Virus record (IMG/VR): IMGVR_UViG_3300037499_000085
Strand: one strand, 5' to 3'
Length of the DNA stretch: 64,000 nucleotides
Origin: an uncultured virus (IMG/VR IMGVR_UViG_3300037499_000085)
Lineage: Duplodnaviria > Heunggongvirae > Uroviricota > Caudoviricetes
Shown here in pieces: positions 55,101 to 63,848 of the stretch. The position numbers were made by a program, and so were the translations under genes. The notes under the pieces are model-generated. The model saw only the letters and a list, made by a program, of their open reading frames with translations, had not been told where the DNA came from and did no database searches. Each line of letters opens with the position of its first letter. Within the stretch, counting starts at the first letter, position 1.

Positions 55101-56461
55101 ACCTTCACTGCTATGTCCCTGATGAAATTCCAGGTCTTTTCCCACGCCATTTTCAGCCAGTCCCACACCACCTGTGCAGTCTTCTTGATCGCGGCCCACA
55201 CCGTATCCCAGTGCTTCACCAGGAAGTAGATACCGACACCTACCGCGATCACGGCTGCGACAAGCAGGGCGATCCACCCCACCGTGATGAGGATGATCAC
55301 GCCCATACTGGTCGCTGCCATGGTCATGATCGTGGTTGCGGCAGCGGCGATGAGCGTTATCGCCGCGTAGACCTTAAGAGCAACGCTGATTCCGATGAAC
55401 GCGTACATCATGGCCTGGAGCAATCCAGGCGGGAAGCTGGCCAGCACTTTGAAGAAAGTCCCGAGCACTTCGAGCGCCGCGCCGGACATACCGTTCAGTG
55501 CCGAGCCCATGTTCTTCAGGAACGTGGCCAGATCCCGCAGCACTGCGGTCACCTGAGGGCCGTTGTCCCGTAGGTAGGCGATGAACCTTCCGAACCCCCC
55601 GCCATTGCCCCACTGCTCGAACGACTGGAATGTTTCCATCAGCCATTTGGAAAATTCCACCCCCATCGGAGCGAAGGACCGCATTCCGCTGCCAAGTCCC
55701 CCGAACAGGGACACGAACGCCATGTGGAAGTTCTTCAGTGCCGGGACGCCGTAATCGACCACGAAGCGCAGGAACCGGTCCAGGCCGCCGTCCTGCACCC
55801 ATCCCTTTGTTGCATCGGCCATGAGCTGGAACACCGGGGACACGGCCGCGACCACGGATGTCAGCTTGGGAATCGCCAGGGTCGCCGCCTGCACCATTGT
55901 GGTAGCAGGCTTCAGGGTGAACTTCATGGTGGACTGGATGAATGCGCTCCACGCATCCCCCATGTCACCTATCGACAGGGCGAAGTTCCTCTGAACCGGC
56001 GACATGGCATTGAGCGCCTGCTGATGCGCCTTCTCCGCCTGAGTGACCTTCTTCAGCGCCTTGTCGTACTCCTCGGTCCCAACCACTGTCTTGGCCAGCG
56101 CGTTCTCCGCGTTCCCCAGCGCGGTTTTGGTCTGGCCGAAGGCAGAGTTCGCCCCCACAGTTGACTGGACGGCCCCCATCAGGGCAGCGCCGAATATCCC
56201 AGCGGCGGCTCCGGCACCGACCAGTGCGGAAGTGGCCGCTCCTCCGATTGCCAGCAGCCCAGCCGTGATCGGTATCAGGGCCGGTCCAAGCGTGAGCGCA
56301 GTCGCCACTAGGTCCCGCATGCCCGGTACCAGCGCGCGAGACGACTTGGTGAGTGCGTTCATGGACGAGTCCAGGCGCGCAATATCCCTGCGCGCCTGGC
56401 GGATTCCCTCACCGTTGTAGAAGGAGTTCAGCCGGAACGCCAGGCTAGTGATCGTTGCCAT
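52154..56461 (-). CDS. tape measure protein with C-terminal peptidase-like and lytic transglycosylase domains
   Basis: Trp-periodic helical repeats; QGSY..THAGGGAVD..HIH; RESGW..AYGIPQALP. Confidence 0.92.
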   Translation of the reverse strand: MATITSLAFRLNSFYNGEGIRQARRDIARLDSSMNALTKSSRALVPGMRDLVATALTLGPALIPITAGLLAIGGAATSALVGAGAAAGIFGAALMGAVQSTVGANSAFGQTKTALGNAENALAKTVVGTEEYDKALKKVTQAEKAHQQALNAMSPVQRNFALSIGDMGDAWSAFIQSTMKFTLKPATTMVQAATLAIPKLTSVVAAVSPVFQLMADATKGWVQDGGLDRFLRFVVDYGVPALKNFHMAFVSLFGGLGSGMRSFAPMGVEFSKWLMETFQSFEQWGNGGGFGRFIAYLRDNGPQVTAVLRDLATFLKNMGSALNGMSGAALEVLGTFFKVLASFPPGLLQAMMYAFIGISVALKVYAAITLIAAAATTIMTMAATSMGVIILITVGWIALLVAAVIAVGVGIYFLVKHWDTVWAAIKKTAQVVWDWLKMAWEKTWNFIRDIAVKVWNFLTNGWGQTLLLFMGPIGLIIAVAKHWETIWGGVKSVASDVWSWITDVWDTTVGGLLVAWNAVVGPIRDSWNQVWPELRKAAENIWNALSIAWDFLWGGATDRWNEFWGKFGPIFTAAWQVVAGVAMGVWKTLVAAWDLTWTVIQGIFNVAWAILSGAWKIGWSFLTGAAQIAWSILTGAWKVVWSVVTGIWNVFYAAFSGIFKTAWNVIVAFVTGIWKVISAAWTALWKVVTAIFLTFTAIFTGNWGKAWNAIRAAGEAIWNVIRTAWQGFLNVLRALLGGFIDTVKNMWNAFWNGIANTAKTFWTAVQNTFSTFLTAIRNLWNTVWTFIQNLFKTVVDAILKIARDWWATMRAAFQTGLDFVKNMWNLVWTTIRVFFGGVAKTVEDRAAELWKDIRGLFSAGSTWLRTTFWNPVSNFFTKTIPDAFDKGVAAMGKAWDKIRELARKPIQAVVNVVYNDGIVKLWNMVAGTFGAKELKRFTLPAFASGGPTGEGSSRGFPAILHPNEHVWTAAEVAGAGGHEAVARMRRNAMGGAKVRTYGDHRFDDGGGFLGTGIGPKVGPDLVPDGIIKNAFGKLKDLALGAISGPFGKAVDGVAKLGKTAVRAAIPGSNSGMEQLGTGIIDKIAKTIKEWVKQNDIAPEIGVGGNGFIPWRAWKAGDGTRQNYGGVTVNRRTAAMLSNATKIAKTALSMTQGSYSTSVGASGGTHAGGGAVDLGPAKNGIVGALRASGFAAWLRTRAEGPWAPHIHGIAVGDPTASSAAKSQVRDFHRGLNGLAGGGKDTYKAPGGGTSGKSVSAAKATGKNMLGSYGWSSHWSALEALWNRESGWRWNADNPTSDAYGIPQALPGSKMKSAGADWKTNPATQIRWGLGYIRSRYGTPTKANNFQRANNWYGRGTRDAHPGVGIVGDRGLELMRMRGGEDITPLGDLVGGGSGGDVNLTLHIDARGATASAVDKLNNELPNRLRMALEQHVGSKP

Positions 56462-56852
56462 CGTCGCCGTCCTCCTCGTGCAGAAGATCAGGACCAATCT
56501 CGTCTAGCGGATCTTCACCCGGATCGTACCGTTCCTCGTCCTCGTCGTCCTTCCGGTACAGCTCCCACGGCCGCGCGTAGTGCTTCGGCTTCGGGACCGG
56601 ATTCTTCCGGTGCTTCTTGTCCGTGAAGTGAGCCGCGCCCTGGATGTGATTGAGGCGTTGCAGTTGTTCGTGCACCGCTGCTTCAGTCTCGTCCTGCCAC
56701 TCACTGTCGAGCGGGCCGACGACCCGCTCGAAGGCCATCCACTCTGTCAGCTCTCTAGAACTGATTCCCGCAAGTCCGGATTCGACGGAGGACCATCCGA
56801 GGGCGAGGGCGAGCCGGAAGTAGAAGACCCGCTCGGGCCGTCGGTGAAATCC
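56445..56852 (-). CDS. tail assembly chaperone, -1 frameshift extension
   Basis: RRPERVFYFRLALALG...SSRELTEWMAF in the -1 frame after GGATTTC. Confidence 0.75.
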   Translation of the reverse strand, partial: GFHRRPERVFYFRLALALGWSSVESGLAGISSRELTEWMAFERVVGPLDSEWQDETEAAVHEQLQRLNHIQGAAHFTDKKHRKNPVPKPKHYARPWELYRKDDEDEERYDPGEDPLDEIGPDLLHEEDGDDGNDH

Positions 56853-57229
56853 TCGGTCAGCTCGTCGATGTCGGAGTCGCTGAGACCGTTCATCTCCTGG
56901 CACTTGTCGAACACCCGGCCGAGCGCCTTCGCGGACCGTTCGCCGAGCATCTTGACGTCGCCGGAGTTGAACAGCCGGTTGCCGTCCTCGTCCACCGCGC
57001 ACCACGTGACCATGCGCGCGCGGAAGTTCTCCATGTTCGGCCGCTTGCTGTTCCCCTTGGGAGCCATGGACGCCTCGAACCGGTCGCGCTCGGTGCCGCT
57101 CAGACCCTTCAGCCGGAGGACCCAGGAGTCCGGCTCGGGGTCACCTTCCGGCGCCCACTCGGGGACCGGTACCTCGTCGTAGTGCTGATCCTTGGCCTTG
57201 TGGATTTCTTCGCGTCCCAGGTACGGCAT
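56747..57229 (-). CDS. tail assembly chaperone
   Basis: EVPVPEW...LSGTERDRFE...VDEDGNRLF; upstream of tape measure. Confidence 0.85.
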   Translation of the reverse strand: MPYLGREEIHKAKDQHYDEVPVPEWAPEGDPEPDSWVLRLKGLSGTERDRFEASMAPKGNSKRPNMENFRARMVTWCAVDEDGNRLFNSGDVKMLGERSAKALGRVFDKCQEMNGLSDSDIDELTEDFTDGPSGSSTSGSPSPSDGPPSNPDLRESVLES

Positions 57230-57299
57230 GACGATCTCTCCTCGTTCCAGTCCTGCGATTACTCGCCTGTTCGGTGCGGATCGTGCGGGTCTGTAAGGC

Positions 57300-57339
57300 G
57301 GGAAGAACCGGGTGACCCGCACAGGACCCGGTTCTCCCC
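57300..57339 (-). terminator. stem-loop
   Basis: GGGAAGAACCGGGT...ACCCGGTTCTCCC. Confidence 0.4.
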
Positions 57340-57357
57340 TCGGTGTTGCAGTCTCGG

Positions 57358-57846
57358 TCACAGTCCGGCGCGGCCAATGTCCCGTGCCGCGTCTTCGAAG
57401 ATCTCTTCCATCCTTCGCTGGATTCTGGGCTGTCCGCTGGCTATGGTCTCGCGGAACCAACTGCCGCCGGTCTCTTGCTCGACCCATACATGCCGGTTAC
57501 CGAACACCGGGTGTCGCCACCCCCGGTTGATGTCCAGATAAGCCGGGATGTTGATCTCGTCCTTGTCGTTCATGGACGTCGTGATCTGGACGCCGGTACT
57601 GGTCAGCTTCGTGCCGACACCCTTGGCCACCCGCGTACGCAGACCGGAGTGCTTCGAGGTGTGAGTCGGAATGCGCATGACCTCTTCGGCCGCCTGGCGA
57701 GAGAGAATCTCACCTGCCTCGCGTGTCTCGTTCCTGAATTTGTCGGCCAACGTGCTGTTCTGCCGTCGCAGCTCAGCTTCGACACGTTTCCACTCAGGGC
57801 CCGTGGTGACGCTCAGCCTGATGGTTCCCGGGCTCCTTCTCGCCAT
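57358..57846 (-). CDS. HK97 gp10-like tail completion protein
   Basis: GWRHPVFGNR..WVEQ...WF motif. Confidence 0.65.
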   Translation of the reverse strand: MARRSPGTIRLSVTTGPEWKRVEAELRRQNSTLADKFRNETREAGEILSRQAAEEVMRIPTHTSKHSGLRTRVAKGVGTKLTSTGVQITTSMNDKDEINIPAYLDINRGWRHPVFGNRHVWVEQETGGSWFRETIASGQPRIQRRMEEIFEDAARDIGRAGL

Positions 57847-57848
57847 GG

Positions 57849-58094
57849 TCAGTCACCGCCCGTGTGAGGCATCGGCCGGAGAAGCTTCCGGGTGATGGCC
57901 CCGGCCGCCGCCACCCACGCCATCCGGGTACGGTCCGAGAGACCACCCCAGTTCGGCATGTCGCGGCCGTCGTGGGTTTTCCACTCGGTCCACTCGCCGT
58001 ACGCCTCGTAACCGACGCGCGCAACGTCTGTAACACGCGGACCGGTGTTCGGCTCTTTGCTCTTTCGAGCGTTGTCGCCCGGATGGGACGGCAT
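57849..58094 (-). CDS. hypothetical protein
   Basis: YEAY...DGRDMPNW..L...AWVAAA; RBS GGAG. Confidence 0.6.
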   Translation of the reverse strand: MPSHPGDNARKSKEPNTGPRVTDVARVGYEAYGEWTEWKTHDGRDMPNWGGLSDRTRMAWVAAAGAITRKLLRPMPHTGGD

Positions 58095-58120
58095 CTGCTC
58101 TCCCCGTTCGCGCTCGCCCG

Positions 58121-58537
58121 TCAGGCCGTGGCCCGCGTGATCCCGGTCCGCTGGCTCGGGAACGTGACTTCGGTCTCGGAGAGATCGCCCACGGAACCGG
58201 CGAGCGGCTGGTACTCCAGCACGATGCACGTACCGGTGAACTTCGGGTTGGTGGGGGAGGCCGCCGCCGCCGTCGGCCGCACTTCCACGGTGAATTCGGT
58301 GTCGCCGTCGTACAGCGCGAACAGCGTTTCGTCCACCTCGCCGGACGCGTAGTCCTGCTGGAAGGTGACCACGAACGAGTCGTCCTTGAGACCCGCGACG
58401 CGCTCGCGGCCCTGACCACTGAAGTTGGTCGTCTCAACCTCGTCCTTGACGAAGTTGATCTCGACGCTACTTGCGTGGTCCGACAGGTTCACACCATTGA
58501 TGATCACCTGGCAGTCGCGCAGTACTTGCTTCGCCAT
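58121..58537 (-). CDS. major tail (tube) protein
   Basis: INGVNLSDH..ETTNF...AGLKD...TNPKFTG; RBS GAAAGG. Confidence 0.85.
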   Translation of the reverse strand: MAKQVLRDCQVIINGVNLSDHASSVEINFVKDEVETTNFSGQGRERVAGLKDDSFVVTFQQDYASGEVDETLFALYDGDTEFTVEVRPTAAAASPTNPKFTGTCIVLEYQPLAGSVGDLSETEVTFPSQRTGITRATA

Positions 58538-58539
58538 GA

Positions 58540-58878
58540 TCAATTACCTTTCTCAAGGCCCGACACGGGCTGATCGTCCTGCTCGGTCCACGGCTCGACA
58601 TGGTGACTGCGCCGTAGTGCCTCGTACTGCCCGTCCGTCAGAGTCATGACCACACGTCCGCCGGGGGCGACGCCGCCGACTTCCCTGGGCCCGGTCACGC
58701 GGAGCGTGCGTTCAGTGGGTTGCTCGGGCCCCGCCTTGACCGGCACAACCGGGTTGGGCGGGAAGTCACCGGACGCCGGGGGCTCCGGCGCCTTCTTCTT
58801 CGCCGGAGCAGCGGGCCGGTCCTGGATCTTAGGGGCTTCCGCCGGGCCGGACGACCGGCGCTGACGCGCTGGTGTCAT
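58540..58878 (-). CDS. hypothetical Pro-rich protein
   Basis: ATGA coupling; VTGPREVGGVAPG. Confidence 0.6.
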   Translation of the reverse strand: MTPARQRRSSGPAEAPKIQDRPAAPAKKKAPEPPASGDFPPNPVVPVKAGPEQPTERTLRVTGPREVGGVAPGGRVVMTLTDGQYEALRRSHHVEPWTEQDDQPVSGLEKGN

Positions 58879-59213
58879 CGCTCGACCACCGCCATGGTCA
58901 CGTCGGTCTGCTCGTCCGTGGTGATCGTCACCACACGGGTCGTCGGGTCCTGCATTTCCTTGATGAGCGGAATCCACCGCTCGGTGACCGTGGTCGACCC
59001 GTCGGCCAGGGTGTAAGCCTTGTCCTCGTGCGCCACGCCGAACGCGTCGGTTCCGGGCGTGATCACGGTCACGGTGCAGACGGCCGCGTTGGCATTGCGG
59101 TAGACCGCGAACACGTTCGGCGCCGGAGCCATGGTGTCCGACGCGGTAACAGCAGTGAAGGTCGGAGCCGCGCCGGTCGCTACTGACAGGGTCTGCTTCG
59201 TACGGAGAGACAT
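58875..59213 (-). CDS. putative virion structural protein
   Basis: Thr/Ala/Val-rich, in the head-tail cluster. Confidence 0.65.
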   Translation of the reverse strand: MSLRTKQTLSVATGAAPTFTAVTASDTMAPAPNVFAVYRNANAAVCTVTVITPGTDAFGVAHEDKAYTLADGSTTVTERWIPLIKEMQDPTTRVVTITTDEQTDVTMAVVER

Positions 59214-59223
59214 ATTGGATCAC

Positions 59224-59649
59224 TCACTTCCCGGATGTGCGGACCATCAGCCGCACGATCGCGCCGACATGATCGATACGGGCTGTCTGGAACTTCCCGC
59301 CGTACTCCCGGACGCCCGAGCAGTGGGCATCGTCCACACCGTCGAGGCCGAGATTCGGGTTCTCGCGGAACACCCGTCGGAGCGACCGGTCCCCCGCCGG
59401 ACTGAGGTACTGGTCGAGTGCACCCTGCGCGACAGACGACTCAGTCCGGGCCACCAGCACATAGAGATCAAAGTTCCAGGTGGCGTCATTGCCGAACGAG
59501 ATGTTGAAATCGGCCGTGTCGCGGGCAGGCATTACGACCATGGCCGGTACCTGGATGACGTCGGCCACGTCGTTGAAGCCGCGCAGTCCCGGAATGCTGG
59601 TCTGCACCGTGTCGTCTATCGCCTGCCTGATCTCTCCGAGTGTCGGCAT
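59224..59649 (-). CDS. tail terminator protein
   Basis: position and size; AQGALDQYL...NPNLG. Confidence 0.7.
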   Translation of the reverse strand: MPTLGEIRQAIDDTVQTSIPGLRGFNDVADVIQVPAMVVMPARDTADFNISFGNDATWNFDLYVLVARTESSVAQGALDQYLSPAGDRSLRRVFRENPNLGLDGVDDAHCSGVREYGGKFQTARIDHVGAIVRLMVRTSGK

Positions 59650-59653
59650 GGGA

Positions 59654-60265
59654 TCACCCGACCAAGATGCGGTCGACGACGTACCGGCTGAGCTTGTTCT
59701 GTGCCATGAGGTTGTCCTTGACCCGGATGGTGCCCCACTGGTCCGATCCGGCGACGCCGAACGGGGAGTCCTTGAGCTGGAAGGTGGCTCCGGCCATGAT
59801 CAGGCAGGACTGCTTGACCGGCGCCGGTACGGCGTTCCAGCCCCATGGCGCCGTGGCTCGCATACGACCGCCGCGCCGGAGCCGTGCCGAACCGCCAGCT
59901 CGCATTTTGATCTTGTTGTACGGCCATCCGGACTGGCCGGACACGACGCCGTTGAGCGGGTGCAGTTCGTAGTCGGCCGCAGTCCACACGGTGTCGTACG
60001 CGCCGGTGTCCCCGGTAGATTCGATCACCAGTCCGGCGGTCGTGTAGAAGTCATCGACGATCACGTAGGTCGAGTTCAAGATCGGAAACTCTCGCGCCGT
60101 GGCCGCCGTCGCCTTGTTGAACTGGCGGTTGCAGAACTGTTCGATCTCTTCCGACACGGACTCCAGGGCCTGAGTCAGAGACGAGTTGAAACGATCATCT
60201 TCCTGCATAGAGAGGTAGACACGAAGATCGTCAAGGTCCGCGTACGGGTCTCCGATGGCTCCCAC
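59654..60265 (-). CDS. head-to-tail adaptor
   Basis: YADLDDL...IEQFCNRQF...WGWNAVPAPVKQ. Confidence 0.8.
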   Translation of the reverse strand: MGAIGDPYADLDDLRVYLSMQEDDRFNSSLTQALESVSEEIEQFCNRQFNKATAATAREFPILNSTYVIVDDFYTTAGLVIESTGDTGAYDTVWTAADYELHPLNGVVSGQSGWPYNKIKMRAGGSARLRRGGRMRATAPWGWNAVPAPVKQSCLIMAGATFQLKDSPFGVAGSDQWGTIRVKDNLMAQNKLSRYVVDRILVG

Positions 60266-60297
60266 TGTCTACCTCCTATCAGTCCGGTACAGGGCCT

Positions 60298-60385
60298 CTG
60301 ACCAGGCAAAACTCTTTTGATCTTACCCTTGGTGCGCGGGGGTCCGGAACCCAAACGATCTCGTTAGGCGGACACCTGGAGCTTT
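60298..60385 (-). repeat. dispersed intergenic element, copy D
   Basis: reverse complement GTCCGCCTAACGAGATCGTTTG..CCGGACCCCC..AAGATCAAAAG..TTTTGCCTGGTCAG matches copies A and C. Confidence 0.85.
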
Positions 60386-60467
60386 TTTGTAGCAAATCAG
60401 GGTGGTACAAAGACAGGCCCTGAACGCCTGCATATCAATGCGCCGGAGCGCGCTGATATGCATGTGA

Positions 60468-60809
60468 TCACGTCTTGCGGGGGCCGCGCCGGGGTGTTGA
60501 AGCGGTCTTCCGGGGAGCTGACTCGGACGTCAAGCCGGAAGGCTTCGGCTCCGCCTTGACCTCAGGCGTCGGTTCTACCCCGGGTTCCGAGGCTGCCTTG
60601 ACAGGCTCGGGCTTGGTTTCAGGCTCAGGTGCCTGCCGGGTCGTCTCGACGTCGTAGTGAACGCCGATCTCCTCGAACATGGACTCGTGGCCGTTGAGCA
60701 GCGGATGCCCTTCGCGAACCCGGGTGATGCCCTGCTTAAGAACGACGCTGTTTCCGTCACCCAGTTTGATCAAGGCGTTGGACTTCGCTACGTAGATCTT
60801 TCCGGCCAT
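60468..60809 (-). CDS. hypothetical head-associated protein
   Basis: RBS GAGGAGGAG; VREGHPLL. Confidence 0.7.
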   Translation of the reverse strand: MAGKIYVAKSNALIKLGDGNSVVLKQGITRVREGHPLLNGHESMFEEIGVHYDVETTRQAPEPETKPEPVKAASEPGVEPTPEVKAEPKPSGLTSESAPRKTASTPRRGPRKT

Positions 60810-60836
60810 ATCTCCTCCTCTTGTCGGCCGGTGAAA

Positions 60837-60862
60837 CCGGGGCCCGGAAATCCGGGCCCCGG
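60837..60862 (-). terminator. stem-loop after the capsid gene
   Basis: CCGGGGCCCGGA-AA-TCCGGGCCCCGG, followed by TTT on the minus strand. Confidence 0.55.
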
Positions 60863-60867
60863 GATCA

Positions 60868-63681
60868 TCACGGAGAGTCGAGAAGCCGGAAGGCGTTCGG
60901 GTCGAGAACCTTCGACCCGTTCCGCCAAACGGCGTAGAGACCGCGCTGACCAGAAGGGCGGTTGTTCGAGGTGTGGAACAGGTGCGGGATCAGCTCAACG
61001 CTCATGCCGATCCGGTCCACGATGAGGAACTTCTTGAAGTCCCCGAGCAGGAGGACATTCTCGGTCGTGGCGAGTGCACCATCCATGGTGGATGCCTCGT
61101 ACACCGGATAGTCCACCAGACGCGAGGGACGGCCTTCCGCGAGACGGGCCCACAGTTCACCGCCGCCGGAGGTGTCGATCTGCCGGATGGCGTTGTACAC
61201 GGCCTTGTTGCCGAGCCACGACGCATTGGGCACGTGACGCGGGGGGAGTGCGTCCACGGGCTTGAAGACGTCGGCCACAGTGATGGCGTCAGCAGCGGTC
61301 AGGCTGACCACACTGCCACCGACGGCCGCGACACCCGTGACGACGCCCTCGGGGTTCGGCGGAGTGCCGTTGCCGATGATGAACGCCGTGGCCTCTTCGG
61401 TGTCCTTGGCTTCGGCGAACATGGTCGCCAGCTCGCCGCGCATCTGCGACCAGTCCTGGTCGATCTCGAAGCTGAACGGGACGAAGCCCTGCACGCGAGA
61501 CGGCGTGACGGTCGGCTGTGCAATCGTCGGCGCGTTGTCTCCGGCTTCAGCCGCTTCCGCCGCACGGGACACGGTGATCCCGGCCGACGTGACGCCCTGC
61601 CACTGCTTGCCCACGATCTGGACCACGCGGGCGATCTGCCGGATCGGGTTGACCACTCCGGCGTCCGTGAGGATCACGGAGGGGTCCAGGTTGAACGGGA
61701 CCGCGAAACCGCCGGTCGTGGTCGCGCCGACGGCCAGCGCCGCACGCTCTTCGTTCGAGAGACCGTTCAGGGATCCCGCGAGGGCCGCCTTGCCGAACGC
61801 CCGGTCGTACACCGCAGAGCCGGTCTGGAGGATGCCGCGCGCGAGGGTGCCGTCCTTGTCGTCCACCCGGCGAAGCAGCCGTTCGATGTGGCCGCGCGTG
61901 GCGTCCTCGTCGTTGACCGAGTCGTAGTGGTTCATCTCGACGGCGCGGAGAGCGTTGTCCCGCATGGCGCGGGTCAGGTCGTCCACGTTGCGCGCATCGC
62001 GGCGCAGGGCCGTGATGTCGTAGATGTTCTCTGCGGTGCGCTTCTTGATCACGTTGGGCGGGGAGAACGGCGTGCCGTCCTCGGTTGAGCTGGAACCCGC
62101 CAGGGCCGCGAGACGCTGGGCACGCGCGTTGGCCGCCGCGATGCTCGCGGTGTGCTCCTCGTACTCCGCGCTGATCGAGTCCCACTCGGTCTGCCGCTCC
62201 TCAGGGAGGACCGCGCCGTTGTACTCCGCGTCGAGTTCCTGGAGCCGGGTCCGGATCTCTGCCTGGCGCTGCTCGCGCTCAGACACCGTCATGGTCAGCT
62301 CGTCCATACGAGCACTCCTTTGAACTGCCTCTGCCTTCGGGGGAGTTGGAGTGCTTACGCGGCTCCGAGGTACTGCGGGAGCGGCGGCTGCGGCCTTGGC
62401 CGGAGTGCCCTGCGCCGGAACGACCGGCGGGGTGGTCGTGCTCTTCTTCTCGTCGTCCGGGATAGAGATCCCGAACTTCTTCGCAGCGGCCTTGATCTTG
62501 TCCTTGATGGGACCAAGGTGCTCCGGGGAGTACTTGCCCGCGTTGTCCGGCTGGTTGATGTAGGACCATGCTGCCTGAACATGATCCTTCGAGTCCAGCG
62601 GGTAGCGCTTCTTCTTGTCTTTCTGGTATCCGGGGTCAGCATACGGCACGTCACCGTAGGGCTTCGCCGGATCGGCCGCGCGAACCCATTCCACAGCCTC
62701 ATCCGGGGTGTACCCGGACCCGAGCAGGGCGGTCAGGTAATCGGTGTGGGACCGGACGTCGTCCAGGGGGGTCTCCACCGGGGGCATGACCTCTGTTACC
62801 TGGTCCTCGGTGTACCCGGCGTCCACCAGGGCTATGACCACCTGGGACCGGGCGGTAAGAAGCGCGCACGCTCCGACACATCCGCAACCTTCACAGTGGC
62901 AGTACACCCCACGGGCGCACTCACAGTTTTCGGACCGGCCGGGCTCGTTGTCCACCTTGGCCAGCGCCCGCGCTGCTGCCACCGTTTCGCGCGTCTCTCG
63001 TGCCGACCTGAGCGCCGTCTCGAACTCTTCCGGCCGCCGCCGCTTGAGCGCCTCGTAGTACTCATCGGTGGTCGACCGCAGACCGGCCGACGACTCCGCG
63101 TTAGCGGGGAACATCGTCGGTCCGAACTCCATGACCTTGACTTCCTTCACGGTCCGCTCGGGGATCCCGTTCGGGTTGGAGCTGGAGCGCTCGGGCTCTT
63201 CGATCCACTCGTCCTGTAGGACCCGGAAGCGGAACGACGATCCGTACGCACCAGCTTCCAGCGCGGGCCGGAGGTCGCGCACGTAGGACGTGTCAAGCAG
63301 CGGCACCTCGTACCGAGCGCCGTGGCCGTCCTCTTCCAGGACCCGGGGCACACCGAGGGGCTTGTCAGCCACTTGCGGGTCATGGCCGTGTTCGAGGAGA
63401 ACCTTGATCTTCTCGCCCGCGTTCTTCCGGGCCGCGTCGTCGTTGAAGGTCTTCTTGAACGCGCCGGACGCGATGCGCTCAAGGAACCGGCCCTCGAACT
63501 GCGAGTTGATCTCGTACCAATTGCCGAACGCCGAGAAGTGGCCTTCCATCACGTGGACGTCCGGGCCACCGTCCTTCTCCGCGCGTTCCAGGCGTACCTC
63601 GCCGAGATCCGACTGTGTACGGCATACCGGAACCGGAAGCCTGACAGGAGGACCCTCGATCGTCTCGATTTGATCGGTCAT
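60868..63681 (-). CDS. HK97-type prohead protease + DUF6582-like domain + major capsid protein fusion
   Basis: FLERIASGAF, EHGH, GSSFRF, EFGPTMFPA (protease); YADPGY..RYPLD; GGFAVP...LLGDFK..IVDRIG (capsid); no stop between the parts. Confidence 0.9.
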   Translation of the reverse strand: MTDQIETIEGPPVRLPVPVCRTQSDLGEVRLERAEKDGGPDVHVMEGHFSAFGNWYEINSQFEGRFLERIASGAFKKTFNDDAARKNAGEKIKVLLEHGHDPQVADKPLGVPRVLEEDGHGARYEVPLLDTSYVRDLRPALEAGAYGSSFRFRVLQDEWIEEPERSSSNPNGIPERTVKEVKVMEFGPTMFPANAESSAGLRSTTDEYYEALKRRRPEEFETALRSARETRETVAAARALAKVDNEPGRSENCECARGVYCHCEGCGCVGACALLTARSQVVIALVDAGYTEDQVTEVMPPVETPLDDVRSHTDYLTALLGSGYTPDEAVEWVRAADPAKPYGDVPYADPGYQKDKKKRYPLDSKDHVQAAWSYINQPDNAGKYSPEHLGPIKDKIKAAAKKFGISIPDDEKKSTTTPPVVPAQGTPAKAAAAAPAVPRSRVSTPTPPKAEAVQRSARMDELTMTVSEREQRQAEIRTRLQELDAEYNGAVLPEERQTEWDSISAEYEEHTASIAAANARAQRLAALAGSSSTEDGTPFSPPNVIKKRTAENIYDITALRRDARNVDDLTRAMRDNALRAVEMNHYDSVNDEDATRGHIERLLRRVDDKDGTLARGILQTGSAVYDRAFGKAALAGSLNGLSNEERAALAVGATTTGGFAVPFNLDPSVILTDAGVVNPIRQIARVVQIVGKQWQGVTSAGITVSRAAEAAEAGDNAPTIAQPTVTPSRVQGFVPFSFEIDQDWSQMRGELATMFAEAKDTEEATAFIIGNGTPPNPEGVVTGVAAVGGSVVSLTAADAITVADVFKPVDALPPRHVPNASWLGNKAVYNAIRQIDTSGGGELWARLAEGRPSRLVDYPVYEASTMDGALATTENVLLLGDFKKFLIVDRIGMSVELIPHLFHTSNNRPSGQRGLYAVWRNGSKVLDPNAFRLLDSP

Positions 63682-63848
63682 GCTGCGCCCCCCTTCGGGG
63701 CCTGCTCGGACTGCGGGTCCTTGGATGACGGTAGCTGATCGGCTTTCTTCTCCGATCCCGGGGGTTTGATGTTCTTTCTATGGATCTTGATGTTGTCGGC
63801 CGCCCAGACGAATCGGTCCATGTCTCCGTGATCTTTCTTACTGGTCAC
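63678..63848 (-). CDS. small hypothetical protein
   Basis: 56 aa, 4-nt overlaps at both ends; MDRFVW motif. Confidence 0.55.
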   Translation of the reverse strand: MTSKKDHGDMDRFVWAADNIKIHRKNIKPPGSEKKADQLPSSKDPQSEQAPKGGAA

